Source of the DNA: Lama guanicoe
Lineage: Eukaryota
DNA length: 64,000 nucleotides
Direction: 5' to 3'
Assembly: GCA_013239625.1 (NCBI GenBank)
Contig: MU053881.1
Span: 12,104,879 to 12,168,878 of the forward strand
Shown: piece after piece, positions 13,163 to 24,700 of the stretch
How the letters are laid out: every line of letters begins with the position of its first letter
Position numbering within the stretch: the stretch's first letter is position 1
Made by a program: the position numbers and the translations under genes
The notes under the pieces: model-generated
Told to the model about the DNA's origin: nothing
The model's database searches: none
The model's input: the letters and a program-made list of their open reading frames with translations, nothing else

Positions 13163-13687
13163 CTGTGAGACAATGCATTTGTTCTCATGGTCCTCAGATG
13201 AACTCAGCATCAGAACTGCCCGGTAAAAGACTAGTAAGCCAGAGATGAGGCAGACTTCAGGGAAATGGATTTATGTATTTCAAGAAAACTAGAGGAAGCT
13301 ATAAGTCTACTTTTTGCTTCCAGATAAGGATATAGATTTCATATTACCAAGTTTGGTTTCAGAATCATGAGTGTCCCATTATTGTAAAGATTCTCCTTAA
13401 AAGAGAACATAGATACTGTTTGTACAACTTTCTGAATGGTGACACCAAAATGACTGTGACAGAGCAAAGATGCTTCTCAGGTCTGTCAATATCTTATAAT
13501 CAGTAGATCTGGGTGATCTCCTAACTATGGGAGACTGTGCTAAGATGTGCCAAAAATGGTCCTGCTTTCTCTCAGCATCCATCCCACTTACACGAAGCAT
13601 TTGCATCCCTGACTAATTAACCGAGGCTCAGCATCTAACCTACAGAGGATGTTTGTGTAAGTGTCAGCTCTTCCCAGGATCTGTAAC
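13163..13687 (+). pseudogene. Candidate endogenous bornavirus-like nucleoprotein (EBLN) fragment, degraded
   Basis: Frameshift-corrected translation gives collinear blocks ELPGKRL, QGNG, EEAISLLFASR*GYRFHI, PSLV-FRIMSVPLL and GSASNLQRMFV*VSALPRICN. These match recalled BoDV-1 N blocks [41 protein letters not shown] and [21 protein letters not shown], with similar spacing. It sits as a discrete insert inside a MIR. Confidence 0.65.
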
Positions 13688-13775
13688 CTCACAGGCTGCC
13701 GTGCACACATAACCATATAGTGCATTTAAAGTACTTAGCAGGACGCCTGTTACAGAGTAAAGCCCTAAACAAACA
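13686..13775 (+). mobile_element. MIR, 3' part (continuation of 13028-13162)
   Basis: acctcacaggctgccgtg..tttaaagtacttagcaggacgcctgttacagagtaa follows the MIR consensus from where the 5' part stops. Confidence 0.75.
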
Positions 13776-14585
13776 CTGGTCAGGACTACGATGAAAGTGA
13801 TGAAGTCGACTGGGAAATGAACAGATGCAGACATGATGTCAGCATTCTATTTTGGTGGATGATCAGTTAAGTCAGGAGTCGGGGAGATGCTTCCTTTACT
13901 TCTCTAAAGCTCCTGGTATAAAAAGTATAGGGATTTTCACCAGAATCTTAACCTCTATTCATTTTGTGAGAATTTTAAACTAAGATAATTAAAGGAAATG
14001 TGATGCAATTCAGAGATGCCATCAAGGAACACATTTTTTTTTCCTTTGTATTGTAAGTAAAAATAGAGTAATGGTTACTAAATTAAGTTGGAATCTGACT
14101 TCCCAAGTGTGATCACTTTGGTGATTCAGAGGGAGACTGTGTTCAATGTTCAGTACAACAATGGTCTGCTCACTTAGTAGACAACCCTGTGAGATCATCC
14201 AGAAGACACAGACAGGAGATCTAAAGGCCCCTCAGAGTGAAAGTAATAATAGGGATGAATTACCACAGGTTTCTGCTTCTGTGTCCTCCTGTATTAAAGC
14301 TTTGCATTACCAGCCCTGTGGCCTCAGGCAAAATCCTTAACATCTCCAAGTGTCATTATACTCACTTGTGAAACGGGGAAAGTAGAAGCTACTTCCTAAG
14401 TTTTGCCAGGTATTATTACTACCATTTCACCGTTATAAGCATTATCATAATGTCTTAATTTAAGAGGATGGAATAAAAATGAAACCAAGGTTATTCAGAA
14501 ACATGGTAACAATAACAAAACCATATGATACTGATAACTGTGTTCATAAAAGATATGACTGGTTTCTCTACATGTATATATACAC

Positions 14586-14640
14586 GTGTGTGTGTGTGTG
14601 AGAAAGAGAGAAAGAGAGAGAGAGCGCGCACAAGAGAGAG
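14586..14640. repeat. Compound (TG)n(AG)n microsatellite
   Basis: Read directly. Confidence 0.9.
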
Positions 14641-15719
14641 ACTCGGTCATTGTACAGAAGAAACACTAGACAAGCTCCTAGCTCAGACAGCTCTCTCACC
14701 AAACACTTACAACATTGTGATTCTCACTGGAGAAAGGGGGCAACTGAACAGAATCCAGAGACATGAGTCTGGAATTCATGGACTATTATCTTTGATCCAG
14801 CCAATTCTTTCTGTTATTTAACCTTTTCTTTTTTGGAAATTAGCTGTGATGTAAATAGTTAATTTTCAACATGTATGATTTGCTGGTCAATGTTCATACT
14901 AGAAATGTATGCTTAAGGAGGCATTTGGGTCAGCCAAGGGGGATATAATGGACTGAAACAGACCAAGTTGAAATCATCATGCTTCTGCATCGTCAAAGAC
15001 TAACAGACAAAAGGCTGCTGAATTCCACTGACTTCTGTTCTTTAATTTAGCCACTGCCTCTTGAGTCATTTGGACAAGCCTACCCAATGAAGCAAAAATT
15101 CCCACCGAGGTTGAGCTCATCACTTTCTCCTCAACTTCAGAGTGACAAAGGGAATATTATTTTATTGTCTGCAAAAAAAAGAAATGGCTTTGAAGCTGCA
15201 GAAAAAAAGGAAGAGACTAGAGTAACGGAATTTAAAGCCAGAAGATATCCCTACAACTTGAGAATTTGCCAGGTTTAAAACATAGCCCACACACGCACTC
15301 AATGTTGCTCTCCCACCTCCACAACTTTGGACAGAGACTTTCTAAAGAGATCTTGGTCTCCACGTGTTTTTTCCAAGTTCTCCCAAGTTTTAATTATCAA
15401 TTCACATGATAGGTCTAAAATCAAGTACAGAAGCAGACTGATTGCTACGGAGACAAAGTTCTGTGCATAAAGTATCAGCCCTGTTGGCCAACTGGCAACT
15501 CCCTCTGTCTACACACTCTTGCAATTACTTCCAGGTCATTAGGCCCATCTTGAATAGATATTTTACTGTCATTAAGAAAAATGGGGTAATGACATTCAGT
15601 GATTTCATAATTACAGCCTTAAAAGAGAGGAGGAGGTGATGTCAACAAAGAAGAGTTACAGGCATTGAATTTGAGCTATATTTTATTAGAAAAAATTATG
15701 AAGAAAGCATTTTGGAGAA

Positions 15720-17340
15720 AACAATGTACCAGAAAGTGTTAGTTATAAGTACTATAAAGAAAATAAAATGGTATGATCTAATAGAAAATGACCAGGGACC
15801 TAATAGACATTCTTCCTCAAGCATCATACTTAAACTTAGACACAAATGACAAAAAGTACCCAGTCATTTGGAAATCAAGTAAAAGTTGGGACAGTTGGAA
15901 CAAAGACTATGAGAAAAGAATAAATTTAGCATGTTTTAGGAACAATAACAAAAAAAGTCAGTCTGGCTAGAGAATACTGCCCCAGAGGAAGGGACTGGAG
16001 AAACAGTAAAAGACTAGGTCACGTAAGGCCTGGTAGGACCAAATAATGGAAACCTAGAACGTATCAGCAATTATTCTATACTCCAGAATTATATTAGCGA
16101 GCAAACAGGGCAAATTCCCTGACCTTGGGGAGCTCATTTTTTAGTTACTAGAGGTAGACAATAAATAGATTTTTAAAAACACAACGCTATGGAGAAAAAT
16201 AAAATGGGCTAAGGAAAATAATTGATATGCAGTGGTGGAAGGCATGCTATACTATATAGAGTATTATGGTAAATGAAGAGAGGCTGCAAATTCTTTGCCA
16301 CTCCTGACATTGAGATGTTGACTCTGAGTCCCTTACTCTTGAACCCGGGCTAGTCTTAATGACTTTCTTGAGCAATAGGATCCAGTGAAAGTGATTTTCT
16401 GAGACTTTTGAGGCTAGAATCTAACAATTCTTGCAACTACTGCCCTGGTCTCTTGGAACACTTTTTCTGGGAGCCCTGAGAGCAGTCATGTGCAGACACT
16501 GGTTGTGGCAGGTAATACCTAAATTGCCTCTCAGTGACCCCAACTTCCCAATACTCATATCCTTGTGTGTGCTCCTCCCTGTAAGTACGGGCTAGATGTA
16601 ATGACTCACTTCTAACAAAGAGAACACCACAAACCTGTTGAAATGTCTATCCACCCATTAGGTTCCAAAACCTATGTCTTCTGTCTTGCTTGATCGATCT
16701 CTCTACCTCCCTCTTCCCATTATGTTTTGGGATAGTCTGTTACACAGCAACAGATAACTAATACACTGAAAAGCAATCCGAGTTGAGACTAGTCTTCCAT
16801 CATCCCTGCCAAAGTGCCAGGCAAGTGAAGGAAGCCCCCCTACAAGCCCATTCACCCACTAAATACCACTGAGTGACCTCTGTCAAAGACCAGTTTCAAT
16901 AGATTCTTCCAGCCAAGCCCTGCCTAAATTCTTCACCCAAAAAATAATGAGCTATAATGAAAATGATTATTGTTTCAAGCCACTGTGTTTGGGAGGCAGT
17001 AGTTTGATATGGAGTAAGTGGTCAGGAATACCTCTTCGATAAGGAGACATCTAAGCAAACATTTGAAGGAAATAAGGGAGTAAGACATGCCAGTATCAGA
17101 CAAACGAACAGAGGAGAGAGGACTAAGATGGAAGCACACTAGGCACATTCAGTGAGCATCAAGCACGCAACCCCGTGGCTGAAGGGGAATAATAAGTAAA
17201 GAAGAGAGTGGTGGGAGGTGAGCTCAAAGAGGAAGTGGGATAGCAGACTGTGAAGGTCATTTCAAGGACTGGCACTTGCTGTGAGTGAACTGTAGGTTCT
17301 TGAGCAAGTGGCTCAAAGTTTTGAGCAGAATACTCTGACA
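15720..17340 (-). mobile_element. L2 fragments flanking a nested MaLR insertion
   Basis: Antisense L2 motifs (gcatgttttaggaaca..gtctggctagag, aggtcacgtaaggcc, gagacatctaagcaaacatttgaagga, ttttgagcagaa). Confidence 0.6.
16261..17030 (+). mobile_element. MLT1 (G/H-like) LTR containing a second MLT1 LTR fragment at about 16504-16764
   Basis: ggctgcaaattctttgccactcct..cttgaacccgggctag..ggtctcttggaacac; inner element tgtggcagg...gttacacagcaacagataactaataca; outer end ttgtttcaagccactgtgtttggg. Confidence 0.8.
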
Positions 17341-18059
17341 CAAAATTCTGTCTTTTAGTCCTACTCGCTTCACTTACAACAGCCATGTCCAAATGGTGAA
17401 CGCCATTTGTCCTACAAAAGACACCCTTCCGAGCATCAAGTACCCAACAACAGTCAGTCATGTGCAGACCTCCCCTAAGAGAACGGCTCCCGGACTCTGG
17501 AGTGTGTGTGTGTGGCCTAGCCCTTTCCTTCGACGCCTGGCCATATTTGCAATTCAGCACCCGGTGCTTTCATTTTCAGAGTGTTTACATTAACTTGAAG
17601 TTGTTAACCTGGTTGTGTTGCAGAATGTTTCAGACAGTGCCAGAGGCTATAAATAAATAACAGTTATTTCAAGTCGGCTTGGCAAACAAGCGCCCGGATT
17701 CTGCCGAGGCCCCAGAGATCGTGAGTGCTGCAGTGCTGAATGCCTCCAATGGGGTTAAAGCAGGTATTCTCAAGGAATGCTAAGCAGATGCACTCTGGGT
17801 GACACAGACATCTCCCAAATGCCACAGAGGCCAATAAACAGACCCCTCTGTCACCCACTCGGAATAAACCACAGCTAATGTAAGCCCAATTATTCCATAT
17901 TACTAACCAGATTTCTTCTCTCTCCTCAAAGTTGAGCAACTGACAAAATGACAAAAACAAAATCTTCCAAGGACTTTTCAAATGTATGCTGTCATTTAGA
18001 GCTGTTTTCCAGTTTTTCAATCAGGAAAACCTCTTTTTTAATATCTCATTAATGACCAA

Positions 18060-18230
18060 TATAGAGCCATGTGAACTTGGACCAGTTATTTCATCTCTCT
18101 ATACTTTGGTTTCTCTACTTGTAAAATGGAAATGGAACTACCTATGTCATTGTTAATGAGAACGTAAATGAGACAATACAGGTAAAGTGCTTAGAAAAGT
18201 ATCTAACCGGGAGTTAGTCAATAAATTACA
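18060..18230 (+). mobile_element. MIR
   Basis: gccatgtgaacttggaccagttatttcatctctct..tgtaaaatgga..taaatgagacaatacaggtaaagtgcttagaa. Confidence 0.8.
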
Positions 18231-21200
18231 GTTCATTGTCATTTTAAAATATTATTGACTATTCTCTCAACATAATAGTGTTATGCTTAGAACCAGTTTT
18301 TCTAAGAAAAACTGTCATGACCATTTCACAATGAATTCAGTAGGACTTACAAATGAATTGATCATTCTTTCTTCGTTAGAGAATTGTATAAACTTAAACC
18401 ATAGGACACATTTGAAAAAATAATGTTTAGGAAGTCTGTTATGCCTCAGGACTGTGTGGCCATTATAGAATTTGGGAATCTCTGGTCCAGGGGTCGGAGC
18501 ACATTTTTCTCCATCCATCATTTATATCTCTAGCGTTATACAAGGAAAATCATTGTTCAGAATTATGATACACTCCCTCAGGAAGAGTCTCACTTATCAA
18601 AGAATGCAATTAAAAATTATATTAGGACTTTTTTTTATATTAGGACATTTTAAGAGAAATGCTCAGGAAATTTGAATTTGGATCTCTTTAGTAACGAAAC
18701 TGAAACCAACAAAAAAAAAAAGTCCTTATTCATTTCCAGTGAAGTAGAATATTCAGCTCATCAGAAGTCCTCTTTCTTTGGCAATCTAGCTGGCTAAGAT
18801 TTTGTAACAGTACTATTTGAATGAAGTATCTCAGGATGCAAACTGGTAGTGCTTGGTCTCTGTATTTTTATTTTATGCAACTCCATCTTTTGACAAAATG
18901 TCACTCAATAAATAGACTAAGGGCCACAGGAAATGGCTCAGGTTTGTCAATGTTCTCCTCTGGTAGATTTCTGATCTCCTTATAACTCAGTATATACTAT
19001 TCATGGAAAAATAATGTCTATTTCATCTAATGTTAGTTTATATATTAATTTCAAATAAAAATGGGAGTAAATACTTTTTCTAATTTACAAAACATTTACA
19101 AACTTTTCTTGTGGGTGGGAAATTAGAGATAAGGAACTGAAAATGTTATTCAATTCAGATTCACAAGTTTAGTAATGAAATTACATGATACACTTGGACG
19201 TAACATTACATGGTAGTACAGAGAAATACTTCCCAATTAACTGCAACAGAATTAGGTTGTAAAGGAGCACAACGCAGTATTTTAGAAAAAGGGGAGAGAG
19301 GGACAAGTTAATAAGGTTCTAGGGTGGGAATTATTCATAGTCATTAATGAATTCACCCATCTTTAATACTCTTTCTTTCATAACAATTTTCACATTTTCC
19401 TTAAGAATATAAAAGAGTCCTTATAGGTAAGCCAGAGTGCAAAACTGAATGCTACCATGAGATTTAATTACTAAGAATAATTCTGTCCTATGAACAAGGG
19501 AACTTATTACTGTTAATCTTCAGTAGTGACCTGGAATAAAATACTGATTTTTTTTTTCTTCCCCAAATTAGCTGACCACACCCATGTAAGCAGTCCCTGC
19601 CTTTGTCCTCTTGCTGGTCTTGGAATTCCCACGTCTCTAATTGCTATTTGCAGGCTGAGGTTGGATCAGGAATGCTGCATCCAGGTCTTTACTCTGAGAA
19701 ACTCTTGATAGTATGGGTTAATTACCTCACATCGCACCTCCTATTACCACTCACTCAATTAAATACAAATTTGACTGAAAAAAAATGCAGTTTTCTTCCC
19801 ACACAAATGTTTGTTTTTAGCCTGATGTACTTTGTAAGTAACCGGTTGCCATGGTGGCAGGCACTTTGGACAAAGCATCTCAGACTGAGTAAGGATCATT
19901 AAAAATGATTAATTAGCCATCAGATAGGAAGCTGCTATTTTCATGCTCAGGTAAGGACCAGAATGCTCCTCGCAGAGTTCCATACACATGCACAAAAAAT
20001 AAGAGAGGGATGAAGGTAAAGAAAACAACGCTTTCTTTTTATCCTTCTATCTTCCCAACCAGGACTCTATTTCAAAAACATACGATAGGCTATGAAAATT
20101 GCTTGATCCTCTTAGTTCCCTGAGTTCCAATCACTGCTGCCTTTCTAGAATATCCACCCACTATTCGTCCTTTCATGGGTCAGCTGTTTGCGATGTATAT
20201 GAAAAGAATGTAGACACTGGTACTTTAGCCATAATTAGATTCTGCTCCTTCCCTCAGCAACTCAAAACTCACAACTGTATTTCCAGAGAAATGTTTCTAA
20301 AGCACAAGGTCATAAAGACACTACCAATTTCAGTTTAACCTGCCTTTTCAAATGACTACTTAACTGACAACTCTAATTGTCCACTAGTGGACACATTTAT
20401 GCATTAAAATGTCTGGTTACATTGTTCTAAACCAAAGGATAATCTGACTTCAGTAATCAGGTCTGAATTTAGAGGCTAATTGCATCTCATCCTTTAACCT
20501 TTAAAATGAGTTGCCCTTATAATTTAGCAGAATCCTCTGCCCATTTGTCTAAAACTAGGGGTCCAAAGAGATCAAAATGAAAAGAAGAGATTATTCTCTG
20601 TGACTGAAAAGTGACAAAGCAATGACCCCCCTAAGTCTTCAATTTCAAAAGGGTTATGAAATCTATGTTCACATTGTGTACTTGCTGGATTTATAATTTT
20701 TTCATTGCCCATTGCTTCGATTTGCATGAAAAAAAAAAGGAGGGAAAGGTCAATGTGTTCCTTTTAAAGTGTCTAAACTTTAATTCCAGAAAGTACTGTT
20801 AAACGGACTGTCTCTTATCCTCTCTCCTTCTCTCCCTAACTCTTTTCGAAAGATACAACCCCATAATGTAGATCTGTGTTTGGTTTCAGAAAAATCTAAG
20901 TTTTGATCCTAACACTACCTTATGAAGTCAAATAACCCAGGGAAAATACCCATTTTTTTTTTCAATATTGTTTCTGGAGTATAAAGATTTTTTTTTATAA
21001 CCTACTCAGTTATTAGCAGTGTCACATATATGTCTAAGAGACTCATTAGATATTTGTAAAAGCCTGAATAGATATGAAGCAAATTACGTACGTTTATTAA
21101 GGACCACGGTTGCTGGCTATCCTCAAACAGGTTATAACCATCTATCTACCCAGGTTAAGGAAACTATGAAGATGTGTCCTCGGAGAAGGATGAATCCATG

Positions 21201-21531
21201 TTAAATGCCAGCTGTTATCACCAGTTAAGCTTTCTCTGTCATTTGTCTACTTTGCTATACAAAAGAAACAGTAACTCACAACTCACATGCTGTTCTTCTA
21301 ATTCTTGAACTGATTCTAAATCATAGATTCTATCATTCATTCTGAATCTTTCCACATGCAACACCACTTTCAAGTAGGTATTATTGATGAAAAAAATGAT
21401 AAAGAAAGTAAATGTGTCTAGGCCTGTTTGACTATCATTTAATTGAACATACTTTTGAATTTCTGACAATTTTCCCATTTGAATGGAATGAAGAGAATCC
21501 CTCTTCTTCAATCAGAAGTCAAGGAAAATCT

Positions 21532-21702
21532 AGGGGAGGGGCGTTGCTGGTCAATGGGTATCAAGTTTCAGTCATGTAGGATGAAAAAGTCCTACAGATC
21601 TGCAGTACAACACTGTGCTCAGAGCCACCAAAGCTATGGTGTCCACTTAAAAATTCTGTTAAAACGGTAGATCTCATGTGTTTTTTAGTATGATACAAAT
21701 AA
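21532..21702 (+). mobile_element. L1MA-type 3' end
   Basis: gttgctggtcaatgggtatcaagtttcagt..gtagatctcatg..aataaaa; degenerate TSD aagtcaaggaaaatct / aagtctagaaaactct. Confidence 0.8.
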
Positions 21703-21894
21703 AAGTCTAGAAAACTCTTTATTCCATAGATGATTAAGAAACCACTGGGATTTGAAGAAAGCATATTAATAACCAGCTGTTTATCACTAACAGGTTTAAT
21801 GAGAATCTGCTGACCTTCCTAAGTGAAAATGCTATTATTTTTGGTCCCCCACAAGTAAGCTGACTAGACTTGGTTTGCTTGCTTGATGTATAGT

Positions 21895-22015
21895 TTCTAG
21901 GACTCTCAAAGATTCTGATTCAGTAGGTCAGTCGGACGGTCCCCAAATCTGCATTTGTAGCAGCACTTCAAGGATTTATAGGCAGAGGTCTACAGTCTAT
22001 GCTCTGAGAAGTCTG
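21895..22015. mobile_element. MER5-like hAT-Charlie MITE fragment
   Basis: agattctgattcagtaggtc..aatctgcattt..ctctgagaa. Confidence 0.65.
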
Positions 22016-23286
22016 GGAGTGGTATGTCCCTTCTACTTCAAAGGCCACGGGGGTATCTGATGAATTTATCTGTGATACTGTTCATGGTTTCTGCTGAAAC
22101 ATGCACTTGGAAAACATTAGTCTGGATATAATTGGAAGCCTTAAAATAGTGTAATATGAAGGGGTCAATTCTGGGAATAAAATCCATGACTCTGGCACTA
22201 TTAATACCAATAACTGGTTGCCATGGTGACAGGAACGATGGTCAAAGTGCCTCACACAGAAAGAAAATTTCATTAAAAATGACTAATGCACCATCAGTAG
22301 GAAATTTACTAAAATAGCTATAATTCATGGGCAAGTTAGCTTAATAAAGGAAGAAATAAAGAGGGAATAAACAAAACGACTCTTGAATCTGTCAGATTTG
22401 AGAGCCCGTATTTTTCTTAAAGCTCCTTATAAATACAATGAGGCATCTGAATGGTGAGGCTGCAACTTTAGCTCTTCATTTGGCTCCTTTCAGTAGGGCG
22501 CCACTAACTTTGATTAGCATATTAAAATTCCAGGAGTTACTGCAATTTAACAAGAAAACATATTAAGAAAGGTCGATGATAACAAAGACAGGGATAAAAT
22601 ATATCAGCAAGCCACGGAACATTTCAAGATTACAACGATCTGCCTTTTTCTTTTACTAGAATGAAAACCTTTTTCCACTCAAAAATCTTTAAATCATGTT
22701 CATGACATCTTGGTATTCTTGAAGTATCCTCCTTTTCTATGTAAGGTCCAATGATTATAAATCAAAACCATCAAATAGAATCCTACTCCCAGACAATAAT
22801 TTCCTGGATAACTAACCTTGTGTATTTTAAGATGTCTCAGAATATGTAAAAATCCTCCTTCCCTAATCAGACCTGCTTCCGAAGAAGTCTAAGAAAGTCT
22901 TTCATATCATGGGTGATTAGGAAACCACTGGAATGTGAAGGAAGGATTTAAATAATGCAATCTCTAGAATGCTGGAAGGTTGTCAAACCCTTCACAGATC
23001 ACTTGCACTGGTTTTCTTCTTCCTTTGTGTATGTGAGCTCCAACAGCACTCACAAGACCAAGTTATCAATTAAACAAAGTCAGTCTCGAGCAAAATTTAC
23101 ATCGAGATTTTGATGGATACACCAGACCGATTAATTCATCTCTCAGCCTTTAAAAAAAGTTTGTCAGTTTTCTACTTGTTAAAAATACAATACTACCATC
23201 AAAACAGAGGTTGCAAACCATAAACTCTGTAAATGGAGTCCAAGACTCATGTTCCATCTTCATAATCCAAAGAAAAAGTTTCAAAC

Positions 23287-23838
23287 TGTTGGACAGTTAG
23301 ATAGAAATGAACATCAGCAAGGGGGAGAGTAAAGAGGAGGGAACAATCCAGAAGGTAACAGTACACTTGTGCTCAGGATAAGGGGCTTCAAAGAGTTTTA
23401 CTTTCTCTAAATGAGTGCCAACAAAGAAGCTGGTTAGAATCGAACACTACGGCAGCAGGGAGGAGGACCCAGCTTAGCACAACCCAGTGCTCACTGTAAT
23501 ATAATTAGCATTGCAGTTTGGGCCCCCTCCTGTGGGCTTTTCTGTGTGCATCGTGAGAGGATGCACAAAGGAGATGGGCATGCCTGAGCACTGAGGGTGT
23601 GTGAGCTGTGAATCCCTCATGAGAATCCCTAAACCAGGACACAAGACAGGAGGAACAAAGGAGCAGCGCCGTTTTCCTCTCTGGGGTTGGCCGCCTTCAG
23701 TTCTCAAAGGTGTACTCTACTAACTTTTGCTCTAACTAATAAAACCCTCTGTTTATGCCACACTTTTAGTCTCATGTTTGAATTCTTTTCTCTTGGGTAA
23801 AACAAACAACAGGCCTTTTCCGGCTCCTTGAGGTAACA
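23287..23838 (+). mobile_element. ERV1-class solo LTR (552 bp), family not assigned
   Basis: tgtt...aaca termini, 4-bp TSD aaac on both sides, aataaa followed by gtctcatgtttgaattcttttctc (U5-like). Confidence 0.85.
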
Positions 23839-24249
23839 AAACTAAAGACACTAATTTGGCGATCTTACAGATTTTGCTTCCATTAACGTAGCAGACAATG
23901 ATTAAGAGAATATGGGTCTCAAAGCACATGTTAGGCTGAAGGACAGAGTACATGGTGAGCACTGGCAGGGGATGAGAATGGAAAAGTCTTTTACATCAGA
24001 AATCTTTAAAACAAGATTTCTCTTTCTCCAATTCACCAGCATCTTCTGAGGGCCTGCCAGTCTACTTTTCCATTGTTTAATGTTAACAGACACACACGCA
24101 CACACACGTGCACACACACACAAACACTTGTAGGGCACACCGAAGTAAAAGTCTCTCCCAGGACTGAAGGAAGCACAACTTCAGTACAGCTGAAACTCAA
24201 TCCCAGCCCAGCAAGAGGAAGTTAAAGAAGAGAAAGCCTGATTAAGCAT

Positions 24250-24700
24250 CAGATACCTCAGGATTAAAATCTCTAGATTCAAATCCTGATTCACTCACTT
24301 TATGAGCTTGGAGATGTTTCTTAACCTAGCTAAGCTTCTCTTTCTCTACCTGTAAAATGGGGGCGATGATATTTACTTACCCATGGTTTGAGGACTGAAT
24401 AGAAAATGGAAGTGAGAAGCAAAATTTATGCAGCAGATCACCAAATAAGAGCTACTAATATTATCATGATCATGCCCATGGAGAATACAGAAGAAATACT
24501 ATTAATAATAGCTACTATAAATTGAACTCCTACTAAGAGGCTAGAGCTATTTAATCTCCATAAAATTCCAGTGAGGAAGTCACTATTATTCTCCTTTTAT
24601 AGATGAGGAAACTATAGCACAGAGAAGTTAAGCAATTGTATAAGATGCACAGCTAACAAGTGAGTCAGCTGAAATGTGTTAGAAAAATTGTCATTCCTGG
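24250..24700. mobile_element. Two MIRs in opposite orientation (about 24250-24420 on +, about 24500-24700 on -)
   Basis: ttcaaatcctg..cttaacct..ctgtaaaatgggg; ttttatagatgaggaaact..agagaagttaagcaattg. Confidence 0.75.

Noticed and set aside
13348..13365. QVWFQN homeodomain helix-3-like motif in one frame of the MIR insert
   Set aside because: It is not followed by RR/K basic residues and no helix 1-2 pattern lies upstream. The same bases encode PSLV in the bornavirus N-like alignment, which explains several collinear blocks.
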